Source: Eremomyces bilateralis CBS 781.70 (taxonomy: Eukaryota). From it: 50,712 nucleotides of DNA. The position numbers and the translations under genes are program-made. Below the pieces are notes generated by a model, which worked only from the letters and a program-made list of their open reading frames with translations, did no database searches and was not told where the DNA came from. Shown one piece after another: positions 1 to 12,550 of this stretch. The DNA lies in assembly GCA_010015585.1 (NCBI GenBank), contig ML975171.1. The stretch is one strand, 5' to 3'. Every line of letters starts with the position of its first letter. The first letter of the stretch is position 1.

Positions 1-1226
1 TGATTTCGACGGTGGTTTTCGGTTGATTGTCGGCACACGGTATTACCAGATCTTAGACGACTCGCTTGGGTTGGCGAGAACGCAAAAGTTGAATGGGGCC
101 GGGCGGGGCTCGATGCATTAGATATCCCGTTTAGTTTCCCGGCCGACGCAGTTGCGTGGCGCCGGTTGTACAGTATGGAAAAGGAACATTCAAATTAGGC
201 TCCTTGGCGCGTGAGAGGGTGTGAACCGGCTCCAGAGCGTGTTTCGTCCAGATATCGATAAGTTCTAGCACCCGAACGGAGCGCAGACCGTTCGTCCACC
301 CCGACAATCATGTCGTCCAACAAACACCTCCAAACTCACCCACGACCATCCTAATAGTCCCTCTTGAGCACTCCGTCCGTTTCCCATTGAATCATCTCCC
401 CTAGTGACCCGTCCAACTTCCCTTGTGCAGTCTCTCGCCTCCGCTCCTCCTATCCGTTCTTCTCTGGGACGATACCGATCGCCAACCTCGGCGGCCCTAA
501 CACGTCCATGCGGAGGCCGAGAAGTTCACCGTGTTGACGGAGGGAGCGCGAGAGGGGCGGGGATCGATCATGTGGTCTACACAGGAGGCGATCGGCTAGC
601 TCTCGGGAAATTGGAAGAGGTGACGTCGGAGAACGTTGGAGAACGTCGTGAAGGCGGGAAGCATACGGTTCTATATACCGTTCTTGTTCGAGAGGTATAT
701 CCGCCCACACTTGAATAAGGGCGCCGTGTTGGCCATCACCATTGCTACGGGCATGGTTCGTAGAAGCTGATGCCGGGTCGGATGGCGACTGGCGCGTTCG
801 CTACCGGACTGACTAGCATGGTGAGGTGGTTGGCGCTGGATTTTTGCACCGGTCAGGGCGAATTCAGTGGCACTGGTGGTTGATGCGGCTTGCAGAACTT
901 CATGGGCGAAGAAGCGAAGGTAGGGTTGAAGGCGTTTGGGCAGACGTTGCCGACGAAACGTCTGGGCGAGGTCGAGGATGTGGTGGAGGCGTATTATACT
1001 TGATGTAATCAGAAAAGGACTGGATTGATGGTTAGCACGAGCGGTCGGGGGTTGCTTGTTTGATCGAGATGTGGCAAGAGACAGAGTTGAACAACTTACC
1101 ATCTATGCCACCCGGAATATTTACTTACTTGTAATAAACGTCGTAGACACTCGGCCGACCTTACTCCTATTGCATCTTGCGGCGTAGACCATCTAGTCGA
1201 GAAAAAGAACCCGGAGACCATCCAGT

Positions 1227-3077
1227 TCATGTGAGCTCGAATACTTCCTTCATAACAGGAAATCGCTCCCTATCCATCGCCTCCCCATCCATAAGTCCAT
1301 GCACATACGCTTCCCCAACGAAACTGTGGGTACCATCCCCGTTCGGACGGATAATATACAGCAACTGACCACCAAGGAACAAACAGACCCTATCTCCAAC
1401 TTCGCATATTGCCGGGCCAAGGGACATAAATCCCTTCTTCGTATAGAACATTCTTCGGCCGTAAGTAGCGCACTGCAGAGCCGTTTGAGCGCTGTAACTC
1501 GTCGAGACCCATGACGTTGATGGGAACGCATAACCTCGTTTGTTGATCTTGAATGCACCACGATCCACATCCGCAACGACGCATCGGAGCCACGCTGAAT
1601 CAAGATCGCCTCCGCTGACGTATTTCTTGCGCTCATTTTTGGGCCGCCAAGATAACAACAGAGTATTGTTTTCTCCTGCGTCTCCTCGTTCACAGGACAC
1701 TAGCACTTTAGCAACTGTGTCGATGCAGAATCCTGTGACGCGTAGAACAGTGCCGTCAATTCGGGCCTGCTCAGCAGAATCACCACTGGCGGCATAGACT
1801 GGCTTGATTGTTCCTCTATCATTGATCGATTTGCCGAACGGATGGCCACTGTTCACTGACCAAGTCGGCACCCAGCTGGGACGATATGGTTTCCCTGACT
1901 CTTGCCGATTCTTCGGGCGGGAGGAGGTTCTCGGGCTCCAAACGAAACCAAGAAAGTCTAGCTTGGACTTGCGAGGAGACGTTGTGAACAGATATGTAGC
2001 CACCTGAAGATCAACTTCAGAGAGCCGCAAGGAATAGTTCGGTTGCAGTCTTTCGGGTCCTTGGTTCACAAGTCCTAGAACGGCATACACGGTGTCTCGT
2101 GGATCCGAGCATGCGAACGTCCTCGTCCTGTCTAGTGCTTGTAGAAAGGTGAATCCACTTTGCGAGCTTGCGTCTTTGAAGTCGTTCCGTAGGAGATATA
2201 GCAGGTTTGCAGCCGAGCAGTTGAAGGACAGTCTACCTTGGTCTGCCTTCAGCTGCTCGAAGATAATGAATGCAGAAAGAAGCCGCTCATTGTCTATCTC
2301 GAACGGCCCGTAAAATACTCGTAATCTCTGGTTTAGAAGCGCTTCTTGCACAACCCAAGCTCTTCCCCACCACGGTCGCAAGACCATGCTGCGGAAGCCG
2401 TTCCATGCGAAATCGCTCTCGGAGCCTTCCGGGCCAAGGAAGAAGGGGTCGCTATGAACGATTTCTTTCGCAATATCCGCGATCAGCCGATTCCGCTCTT
2501 GTAGCTCTTTACAAAGCCATTCATGCCACTCTTTCATCTTCTTCAATGTGGCCTTAAAATTGAAAGAGGCTTCACCAAGCCACGCGATGACGTATTTGGC
2601 CTTCTCATACACCTCCCCCATCTGCGCAACCTGTCTCCCACGCTCTTCGGTATCCTGCTGATTGATACACATGCCGTCAGCCCATAATAATAACCCCCGC
2701 TTCCGAAGCCGAGGGCCAACATAGCGTAGAGCGATCAATAGGTTCTTCGTGATCTTGAGGGCTGCTCCATTGATGCAGACCGTCTCAGAGGGTGTTGGAT
2801 CTCCCCAGTAGTACGAGAGCGTGACGTAGGGCGGTGCCTGATCGATGAAGTAGCGATGGATTTCAAGATCACAGCACGGATTTCCAGCACTTCCACAGTC
2901 GCAGGGGAGGAAGTTCAGTAACCGAACTCCGCCGCTGTCACCTGTGAACGGGGTATATCGGTACTGGGACAGGCCGGCTGGGGTATCGAACTCGTCGCCA
3001 GTTGCATTTCCAATGGACGAAGAGCTTTCTCGAGGGTCTCTTGTAGAGAGCTTAGATCTGCTCTGGTTCAAACTCAT
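1227..3077 (-). CDS. HET-domain (heterokaryon incompatibility, HET-6-like) protein
   Basis: Single long ORF; first ATG at 3077 (MSLNQS...). HET motifs: PPYVTLSYYWG, ITKNLLIALR, LWADGMCINQQDTEERGRQVAQMGEVY, PWWGRAWVVQE, CSDPRDTVYAVLGL, PSWVPTW, and C-terminal GDRVCLFLGG...VGEAYVHGLMDGE. Confidence 0.93.
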   Translation of the reverse strand: MSLNQSRSKLSTRDPRESSSSIGNATGDEFDTPAGLSQYRYTPFTGDSGGVRLLNFLPCDCGSAGNPCCDLEIHRYFIDQAPPYVTLSYYWGDPTPSETVCINGAALKITKNLLIALRYVGPRLRKRGLLLWADGMCINQQDTEERGRQVAQMGEVYEKAKYVIAWLGEASFNFKATLKKMKEWHEWLCKELQERNRLIADIAKEIVHSDPFFLGPEGSESDFAWNGFRSMVLRPWWGRAWVVQEALLNQRLRVFYGPFEIDNERLLSAFIIFEQLKADQGRLSFNCSAANLLYLLRNDFKDASSQSGFTFLQALDRTRTFACSDPRDTVYAVLGLVNQGPERLQPNYSLRLSEVDLQVATYLFTTSPRKSKLDFLGFVWSPRTSSRPKNRQESGKPYRPSWVPTWSVNSGHPFGKSINDRGTIKPVYAASGDSAEQARIDGTVLRVTGFCIDTVAKVLVSCERGDAGENNTLLLSWRPKNERKKYVSGGDLDSAWLRCVVADVDRGAFKINKRGYAFPSTSWVSTSYSAQTALQCATYGRRMFYTKKGFMSLGPAICEVGDRVCLFLGGQLLYIIRPNGDGTHSFVGEAYVHGLMDGEAMDRERFPVMKEVFELT

Positions 3078-6000
3078 AACTTGGTATGTATGAATCAAAA
3101 GGGATACAAGTAGGAAACGAAGGACACATGACCAGACAATTAAGCAACGTTTTGTGCAACCCAACGATATTTACAGGACAATCTAGCGATTGATAACGTA
3201 TGCCAAAGCTACCGTAGAGACGCGGTTAGTGTAGGAGAGAATAAACTTGAACAGATACTTCCGTACTGAGACGCCAACTGGATCTGGTGGCTACTTGTGC
3301 CGGTGAATCAATAATCCTCATTCTTGAAGTGCTCCGTCACGACAGATATGGGGATCAGGAGTTGTTGGCGCCTCACTGCCTCAGGCGCGAAAAAGTTCAG
3401 TTCGACATACAATTGCAGCCTTCTCGCTTTCAACGCCCTTCTCTTCACCTTTTCTTTGATAGGGTAGCAAAAGCGTTCAAGTGGAAATTTGCCAGCTTGG
3501 GACACTGTCAGACGTCAGTGTCCGTTAAGGCCCTTCAGTTGAATCCCGAGAAATACATTGGACATCTCTGTAGCCTGCATCTAGGTACTGCAGCTTCTCA
3601 GATGGAGCGATACACAACGCGAATCGTTCATGTTTTTCAACATCCGCATCTTAAAATGACTATTATGACGAGACCTAGGGGGATGACGGCATCTTTGATC
3701 TCGCTATCTTATTCCCCTCGTAATTTGGAGCAATTCAATCTAACAGCCTAGAATCATCTTAGGTAGGTCGGCAGAGCCCTTCCTTGAAGTTTCAGGTTGA
3801 GAGTGGTTATGTGCGGAACTAGCTCCCGAAATCCGAATACCTGTCTAATTGTGGAATAATATATATCGTTTCTCATCAATATTTCGGAATTCGGAAAAGA
3901 TCCGACAAGAGAATCACATGTGCATGTCGCACACAGATCTGTTGACTAGCTATGGATGGCAGAACATGCTCCACTAAGCTCTCCCCCTGGGAGGAATACA
4001 TTGCTGTACCGGGTTGACGACATTAAAGTGCTTTGATTGCGGATTCTCGGTCAATTCACCCTCGACACCGCCTCTCGGCCGCTTGATTTAGTCAAGATAA
4101 GCCCTCGTATATTGAGGAAATGCGAGAGATATGTGTCCTATTCACCTATGACAATTTGGTAATGACTTTCACACCACTTGCAATCCTAAGTCAGTCACTA
4201 GAGTTTTCTCCGTCCAGAGCGGCACTAGAGATGTGTAGCATGTTGGACAAATCATCTAGGAAGAGCTTGGAGGTTGAAGGATGATACTCAGATATCCTAT
4301 TTTTAAGTCTGACCTCGTGTCCAATTATGGGCTGCCGACTGCCGCAATTACGATGCCAGCGGCTGACTGCCGACAAGGCGCGACCAGGACCCCAGAAACT
4401 TCTAACGATACTTTATTAGTACGTACAGAACTCCTCCTAGGACTACAAGCACCGACAGAAAGACTGCTGAGTGCCGGGCCTTGAAACGGCTTAAATCATA
4501 GCACCAACTTAAATCAACATCTTTGCTGCACGGTCGGTTCGGTTCTGTAAAACGTCATAATAAGCCTATCGGAGGAATATGATCTGATTGGCGTCGGATA
4601 AACATCTTTCCTTCTGGAATCCGGTCGGAATTCCCTCGACACAGGCATTTTTGTTATGTACATTTAGCAAGAACCTGTCCACTCAGCAAGCTAATGGCCC
4701 AGAAGCTGAATGTCAAGTATAAATATTTCTTGGGAAATTTCATACAAACCACCGTTAAGCGTTGGGAATGCATCAAAGAGTCGTATCGGTGCATCTGATA
4801 CCAGGAATCAAGGTATTTAGGTACGAGGTACTTTCGAACAATATATGCACTTTCAGCAAACATATTGTCGTCATCCTCAAATGGCGACGCCGCATGGAAG
4901 CGGAGCCAGGAGGATGCCAGCACGACCAGGTCGATCAAACGACATTGCGCAAGCAGGCTAGCAGAAACGAACGACCCGCCCAGGGATGGAGCTTTGAGAA
5001 CAAAGGCTGTGACAGATGACACGCTTGTAGTCTCGCCTTCCTGGCGAACGATTTGGGTTATCCATCGATGACTTTGAACCGCCGTGGCGCTCCTTGTCTG
5101 CCGCGATATTCCCCCGAATCCACGCGCCAGTTGTTGAGCTTCTATGCAAAGTCTGATGCGGCACTCAGGTCTCCAAAGCCAATTTTGGGACATCAGGGCG
5201 TTCTTTCGTGAAGCTCGACGTCGAACTGGTAAGCGGGCTTACTTTGGATCGGAGGAGTTAGATTCTGTCCACCATTAACCCTCCGCTCCGAACACCTGTC
5301 TGCGATGCTGGAGGCATTGTATGAGTGCGATGTATACGAAACCTGGGCAGAGGCAATCCGGGTTTTTCGAGGCAGAGAATAGGATGTGCAGGGCGAAACT
5401 TCGATCCCGCTAAGCAGTAGGCTGACAGTCACCCACGATAGTTCCTACGATCCAGTTCGTCGCATCGTATCTTCCAGCGCACATCGACGGAGTTACGGAG
5501 AGGATTGCGGTGGCCAATGGAATCCGATACGACCCCTCCACACGAAGAGTCTCGCGACCCGAAACGATCCTTGTCCTCTCCTCCACTGTTCCAGACTTCC
5601 AACCCAAACCTGCACCCCTCGCAGCCTCCCTTGCACCTTTGCCCCTCCACCCAACAGGGGCTGGCGGAATCAGAAACTCCTCCAGCCCAGGGTGCTTCAT
5701 CTATTGCACTTTATCAATGGATTGTATTTGAAACTCCCATATGCCTTTCCCCTCACTCTTTCTGCATCTCGTTATTTCTCTCTCACAAAGTCTTGTCATC
5801 CCGCATTAGACGAGAACGAATTTGTTTATCATCGACATCGGCCGTTTCTTGAGTCCTCCCACGCATTCCGCTGGTCCGTCCGGCCCTCATCTTATATCCC
5901 CCCCACTCTTCGCCTTTATTCAGTTCATTTCATGTCTTCCTAATCTCTCCGAGCAATACAAATCCCGTCTGATACCCTATACGAATCTCTGTTTATCGTT

Positions 6001-6136
6001 GGAGTGGAGTCCTTTCTGGAACCATCTCTCCATCGCCTTGTCATCTCAGTCGTTGTAGAATTTGGTGTAGAGTCTTAAACGGCAGTCTCTCAAAGAGATT
6101 CAGTCGTATTGGTTCAGTTGAGGCACCGATGTCAAC

Positions 6137-7636
6137 ATGGCGACAGTCCTCCTAGCCCACCAGTCCCATCGGTGGAGCATGAAGAGGCCCGCTGTGATCC
6201 ATTCCCATTCGTCCTCTTCCGCCAATGCAGCTGAGCTGTTTCCCCCAGAGGCAATGAGAACCGAATCGGGCCTTGAGAAGATGGCACTCTCATCGAACTC
6301 CGGACCGCGACCTTCCCTATTTAACTCGCTCTATCTATCCTCGGAAGAGACTCTGTCTCCAGGCGATCCTGGTACCGGCGATTCAGACTCTGTTGAGAGC
6401 CCTGATGACGATGATTGGGCCTCCCTGTACGATCTGTGCCCTGACGAGAAAGAGAAGGAGTTTAGGGTTGTTACGATCAACGCATGCCCAGGCCGTCCAC
6501 GCATCGTCAACGTCCCGGCTTCGCCAGAGCGGACGACACGCAACTTGGCCAGACAAGCCCAGAAGAACATGTCCAGCGTCTCGCTCGATTCCCCACTCCC
6601 TTCTCCCCTCGTTCCGGAAAGCAAAAGGTCTTTGGCTAAAAACCTTCTACGCCGCACTGATCGCGGTAGAGAGCTAAAGGTTTCTACGAAGCTCGTGAAG
6701 TCGCCGCGCAGGTCGCCTTACAACCTCCAATTGGACACCCGAGCCGCTGCATCGATGGCTTCTTTACCATATGTGGACAACGCTAGCCATCACCGGAATG
6801 CGAATTTCGGGATCATGGCACAGTCAGCGACGGAAGCTGCCCAGAGCCCTTCTGAGAGCAGCAGCACCTACTCGGAGAGGCTTAGCACGAGCCTCGGAAT
6901 GTATGACACCAGTCCAGACATCGATGGCGAGTCATACACTTCAGTGTCAACCCCCGATGAGTACCAGGATACAAAACGGCGAGATACACCCTGGCCCAGT
7001 GCATCCGCTCCTGCAGTCAGCACCATGCGTATGGGCGCAGAGTCTTTAGCGACGACACATATGAGAGGGTATGCATCGAAGAATGCTAGCAGCATTTCTC
7101 TTGCCCGGACACAAGCGCCCTTCCAAGCCACAAATTTCCTGGACCACGACCCATACAGAAATGACCCGTCCGATTCGCCACGCAAACTACAACGCTCACG
7201 ACTCCGGAATATCGGCCATAGTATCAGCCTTGGTCGCTCGAAATCAAAGAGATCGGCACACGCCGCCCCTGACAACACTTTCCACGATGCAGAGATCCCA
7301 TCGTCTAACCCCCCACCGATCCCGCCGCTGTCCCCTTCTCGCCAGTATGATCGCCGCGCCTCCATTTCCGGCGTCACCGCCCTGGCTACTCGCATTGCCC
7401 AATCTCCCTCATCCAGCGCATCTAGCAGCACCTCGATTAAACCCAGCCGGTCGATCAAGCGAGCAGCAACCATCGGACGCCAAATCGCACAGCAGAATGC
7501 GGCGAACAATGCAGCGAGCGCAGAGCGACGGACACCGGAGGTGACGATTGGGCGGACGAGGATTAAGCTGGTACCGCGGGGTGCGGACGAGAGGGAGAGG
7601 CCGCTGATGATGCCGGCTTGGGAGGGGAGGCGGTAA
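6137..7636 (+). CDS. Hypothetical Ser/Pro/Arg-rich, probably disordered protein (499 aa)
   Basis: Long ORF with good ATG context (gtcaacATGG), preceded by a pyrimidine-rich leader (~5560-6130). C-terminal LVPRGADERERPL segment. No family recognised. Confidence 0.7.
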   Translation: MATVLLAHQSHRWSMKRPAVIHSHSSSSANAAELFPPEAMRTESGLEKMALSSNSGPRPSLFNSLYLSSEETLSPGDPGTGDSDSVESPDDDDWASLYDLCPDEKEKEFRVVTINACPGRPRIVNVPASPERTTRNLARQAQKNMSSVSLDSPLPSPLVPESKRSLAKNLLRRTDRGRELKVSTKLVKSPRRSPYNLQLDTRAAASMASLPYVDNASHHRNANFGIMAQSATEAAQSPSESSSTYSERLSTSLGMYDTSPDIDGESYTSVSTPDEYQDTKRRDTPWPSASAPAVSTMRMGAESLATTHMRGYASKNASSISLARTQAPFQATNFLDHDPYRNDPSDSPRKLQRSRLRNIGHSISLGRSKSKRSAHAAPDNTFHDAEIPSSNPPPIPPLSPSRQYDRRASISGVTALATRIAQSPSSSASSSTSIKPSRSIKRAATIGRQIAQQNAANNAASAERRTPEVTIGRTRIKLVPRGADERERPLMMPAWEGRR

Positions 7637-8148
7637 GAACCGTGCATGAAGGGGTGGATGCGTGGGAAGCCGTTTTGGATTCTGGCTTGGAGGGTTGGTT
7701 GGATTCGGGTTGGTGGGGGAATAGAGAAAGGATACCCAGGTCGTTCATTTGACCGCGCCCTCGTTTGGACTTTGGAGGCTTGCGTATGGTGACGCAAAAT
7801 GGTGCCCTGCAGGCTCAGTGACATGTCGCATCTGAGATGCTGAGATGCCTGTTGACAGGCTCTCTCAACTTTTGTATGACGATACGGCCAAATCGCTTGA
7901 ACGTATACTATGAATATCCCAATGGCATATATTTCAAATGTTCATATTCGCTTTTATGTCGTGTCATGGCTTATTCCTTTGTCGTGCAAGAGGCGTTCAG
8001 ATTGCTCCCAATGCGGTATTTGCGGGTTCTAACAGGAACTCCGCCAAGTTGGATTTATTGTACAATATTCGCAACAGATCGAGTAGAGCGGTGCCTGAGT
8101 GACACATACAGACCCGACAGAGCACCTGCTCAAGTGCTTATGGATGTC

Positions 8149-9564
8149 TCAAACAGCCAAAGCTTTCTGAACCCGATTTAATGAGATTGTAGCCTCTTTA
8201 AGGCCCTCTTCAAATCCCACACCTTTGGCAATGGTCTTTGCCTCCTCGTAACTCCGCTTCGCCTCATGCAATCGGTTTCCTCTCTCTGCTAATTCGCCAA
8301 GATTGTGCAAAGCAGCAACCCTGCCCTCATCACACTCCGAGCTGTACTGGTCGGGAGGGATGATCTTTGCAAGGTCTAATGATTTCTGAAGCCACAATCG
8401 GGCTTGTTCTGTCAGAGAGGGCATATCCATAGATTTAGCGGAGTCGGATGAGGGTGGTCTTTGTTCTGCAATCGCCGAGGCAAGATTTGTCACTGGGAAG
8501 GTATTAGCTGCTGTTCCACGCACGGGTGGAGAACATACTGAGAACAACGGAATGGCAGGAATCGGAGGGGCAATGTCGAAGAGCTTGTAGGTACAACGGG
8601 GCCGCCAAATAATGTTGGTTCTTTTCTTGGTAGGATCTCGCAAGTGCTGTGAAGTCTTGGTTAGCATCAACCCCATAGAGAACATGGACGATTGCTCACC
8701 TTCCATCGATCCCCCAATCTCTTCATCATCCATCCACTCTCCCTCTCCTTCTTTTACACCCTCCGTGTTTCTCCTCTTCTGCTCTTTCAACACCGTCTCG
8801 ACAGCCCAAAGCAGCTCCGCATGTGACTTATCAAAATCCTCTATCCACGGGCTTCCATATAGCTCCCCCAATTTCCCCGAGATCCCGCATGCCTTCGCCA
8901 AAACTCTCGTCCTCCTCCCGTCGGCCATGTGATCTTTCCCTTCCTTCTCCAGCCATCTCAAAGCGTCTCGCTTGACCAGCTCAAGCACGCGGATCGACGT
9001 TGCGTAGTCGTTCGCCTTTTCAAATAAGAATGCCACCATAATCTTGATGCCCATCACTTCGTCTGACCACTGGTCCATCCCACACTCCTGCGCCTTCTCC
9101 AGCGCCTCGCGATAATACCTGTTGGCCTTCCGTACGTCGAGTTGGATATTCGTAAAATAGATCGCGCGCCGCAGCTTTTCCGCCACGGGGTCTGGGATAT
9201 TCTCATACGACGGGATAACATATTTCGTGTACCACCAGACGAACCAGCCGAGTATGCTTAGACTGATGCCAACGCTGTTGTAGCATGTTAGACCCGAACC
9301 GAAAGCGAAGAGACGGTGATCCTACCATGTAACTCCTAGCGTCATTGTGTACGGGTGTTCTCTCGCCGCTCGTTTGATCTCCTGCCATGAGGACGCATGG
9401 CGATATTGTAGTTGTCTCCGAACCGGCCGATCTAGGAAGCGGAGTTCTGGTCGATGTGGTGATAGACGAGTGTAGCGGTAGCATCGCGTATGGCCGAGAT
9501 TTTGATGTTGGAAGAAGGGTTCGGTACGGCGACCGGTCGCTCTCAATAGCGGTCTTGAATTCAT
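8149..9564 (-). CDS. Mitochondrial TPR-like membrane protein, Mgr3-like (i-AAA protease adaptor); 4 exons
   Basis: Basic presequence-like N-terminus (MNSRPLLRATGRR...). A TM helix (VGISLSILGWFVWWY) is reconstituted after an intron at ~9275-9325, followed by PDPVAEKLRRAIY...ANRYYREAL and helical TPR-like repeats. Further introns at ~8648-8699 and ~8494-8538. Confidence 0.72.
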
Positions 9565-9885
9565 GTTCCACACTCGTTCCCTGATACTGCAAATCCTCCG
9601 ACCTTCACGTGGGAGCCATCTGAATTGAATATTTCGAAATTGTTAGATTGGAGGCAAAGAGTCGCAGTCCGCTGATATTGAATGGCCATGCAGTCTTGAC
9701 GTTGAGATTGAAGCAAGGGTGTTCCCTGCAACTGGAGCTCCTCCACCAAAATGACGAGCGGCGTGGAGATCACCTTGGAGAGTTCAATTCACGTCCGATC
9801 TCGTATTGACTCTCACACTTTCCATTCGCATCACATTGGCGTCAGTTTCCTTCTTCTTGTCACAAATGGGAATGTGAAAGCTAAA

Positions 9886-11296
9886 ATGTGCGGGCGATAC
9901 GCCCTTGCCTTGGTTTGTTACCCCTTCAGGATTTAACTGGGTTCGTTGATATAGAGATCGTAAGGCTGACCACTGTTATATCTAGCGTCCTGGCGATGTT
10001 CGCCGCCAATTCGAGCAGATGAACCTCCATATGTCAATTGACGGCATGCCAGAAGATGATGAGGTCCGACAAAGCTACAATTTTCCTCCAGGGAGCTTTG
10101 GCATTGTGCTCAGAGCCGATGTGCCCGATCGCGGAGCCGGGAAAACGGATGACGATGGCGAGAAGGATGGTTCTGGCGGAGACGCGACGGATGAGACTCC
10201 CAAAACAGATGATGGAGGCAAGGCTACGAGCCAAAGTAACGAGGACACTCAGAAAGAGACGCGATATCGCATTCAAGCCATGAAGTGGGGTTTGATACCA
10301 TTCTGGACGAAGCGGAGCCCCGACTACAGCTCGATGTTGCGTACAATCAATTGCAGGGACGATTCATTGATCGAAAACCGAGGCATGTGGACGTCGATGA
10401 AGATGAAAAAGCGATGTATCATCGTGTGCGATGGGTTCTATGAGTGGTTGAAGAAGAATAACGGGAAGGACCGCATTCCGCACTACACGAAGCGGAAGGA
10501 TGGCAAGATGATGTGTTTTGCTGGGCTATGGGATTGTGTCAAATATGAGGGTGGGAATAGTTGCGTCTTTCCCATATATCCATTTCTAACGGGATCAGGT
10601 TCCGACGAGAAGCTCTACACGTATACCGTCATCACGACCGACTCCAACAAGCAGCTTAAGTTTCTTCATGACCGAATGCCTGTCATGCTCGAGAATGGCT
10701 CTGAGGATATAGTCAAATGGCTTAGCCCCGAACGGACCACGTGGACCAAAGAGCTTCAATCACTCCTAAAGCCATATGAAGGCGAGCTCGACTGCTACCC
10801 TGTGAGCAAGGATGTTGGGAAAGTGGGCAACAACTCGCCTTCCTTTATTGTTCCCATTGATAGCAAGGAAAACAAGAGCAATATAGCCAACTTCTTCGGC
10901 AACCAGAAGAAATTGGCCGAAAAGCAGGAAGCTGCTAAGAATCAGAATGAGGATGAAGGTACCGATGCACTGAAAAGGGAGGAGGGCCAAAGCCGGGACG
11001 ACCGTCCAACCTTACTCGACAAAGTGACGGCAGATTCTAACGTGCTGGCGACTGAACCTTCTTCATCACAGCCTCCAGCCGGCATCAAGCGTGAGCATGA
11101 GCTGTTCGATGGCGAAGAACGGGAACCGAAGGCTCCCAAGTTGATGTTCAGCCCATCAAAACAATCCAAACCTACTGTAGGACTACAGAGCAGACGTAAG
11201 ATGCATAGCGCCACAAACAATGGGTCTATCAAGCCAAAGAGCAGTCCGAAGAAAGCAGAAGGTAGCCAGAAGATCACCGCTTTCTTCAAGAAGTGA
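9886..11296 (+). CDS. SRAP-domain abasic-site processing protein (HMCES/YedK family, DUF159); 3 exons
   Basis: N-terminal MCGRY with catalytic Cys2; intron 9913-9985 joins in frame to RPGDVRR. Motifs MKWGLIPFW, TINCR, RCIIVCDGFYEW, FAGLWD, LHDRMPV. In-frame intron 10551-10598. C-terminal PIP-box-like QKITAFF. Confidence 0.95.
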
Positions 11297-11582
11297 AGCC
11301 ATTGATTGGGCCACATCGCAAGATGAACCGAGTCCAGGGCCTGGAAGATAGAGGCTATGTTTGTTAAGTGAACGAGCAGACAGTGGTGATGGGATTTACA
11401 GAGTTGAGACACCTACATGCCACAGTTGTTTCAGTGGTCTGGAGTTCAATGGATTCAGTGAGGCGCAGTTGCTGAGTCAACTGGCACGACATATCTGCAT
11501 TGTTCCGTGTATTAAGCAGATGAAATTCGATGGCCGAAGCTTGAAACGAAAGTGTCGCAGACCGGGCATGAACCATAGGAGC

Positions 11583-12550
11583 CTACCCACATCCAGGTTC
11601 TGGAGGTGGTGGGCTTTCCGCTCCTGGCGAAGTGCCGCTTGCTCCTCCTACTATCGATGCCTCTGGCACTGCAGTTTTTGCAGGCAATGGTGTTCCTTTG
11701 AAGGCAGCGATGATAAACCTAGCCGAGTCCGCCTGATATGTCGTACCGTTCGCGTTGTACGTTAGGTGCGGCGCGGGGTCGGTCCCAACACCACTGCAAC
11801 CCTAAGCCATCAAGGTTAGTCGCCCTGATGATGGTTGATGGATCATGAAATTGTCAACTTACCGGATCAGCCGGTGCACAATTCTCGAAAAGTTTTGTCT
11901 GTAGATGAGGTGGGAACTGGGTTATGTTTAAGTCTCTCATGCCTCGATCGCCGAACATCACCAACGCCAGAATCTTGGGATATATCGACGGATCAAACTT
12001 CACACTCGCCGCCCTCATCACACGAGCGCCCTGCGAGTAACCCACCAGCGCAAACTTCTGGCTTGGACACGCGAGATTCTGTTCCGTGACTCGATTGACC
12101 ACATCCTCGGCACCGATCAAAACAGATTCTGTTGAATAGACGGCTGGATACTAGGAGGATTTGAGGATGAGCACTAAGAGCATCAGGACAAGGGTTGTTC
12201 GTACCTGAACTGCGTAACCCCGCGCCTCTGGCATAGCAGCAACGACATTCTTCACCAAAGGGTCTCCGGCTATGATCCCAAAGGGTCCAGGCTCACTAGT
12301 TCCACGGGCTATGAATGGGTGAGTATATACTGGGAAGGTGAACCAGTGCGAACTCACCAACCAGAACTTCGAAATCAGAGCAGCCGGTTGGCTTGGGACC
12401 GAATGGCACCGCATTCTCCCCGTGGTCTGGAAAAAGGTCCGTCAGGCTGCTTGCCGGTGAGGATGCTGCTGGTTGAGGACCTGTACTTTGCGGCGAAGGC
12501 AGCGCCGACACACCTACGGCCAATAAGCAACATGTCAAGGTCGACTTCAT
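11583..12550 (-). CDS. Secreted cutinase (CE5); 4 exons
   Basis: Signal peptide MKSTLTCCLLAVGVSA; ARGTSEPG; CPSQKFALVGYSQGA nucleophile elbow; VMFGD; ENCAPADP|GC...PHLTY (Asp/His) across intron 11802-11862; stop TAG at 11583-11585. Confidence 0.93.

Noticed and set aside
3287..5432. Several 60-180 aa ORFs and protein-like fragments between the HET gene and the 6137 gene
   Set aside because: No recognisable domain or consistent splice model; possibly decayed sequence but not supportable.
6868..7824. 318-aa minus-strand ORF
   Set aside because: Antisense shadow of the 6137-7636 gene in GC-rich sequence; no motifs.
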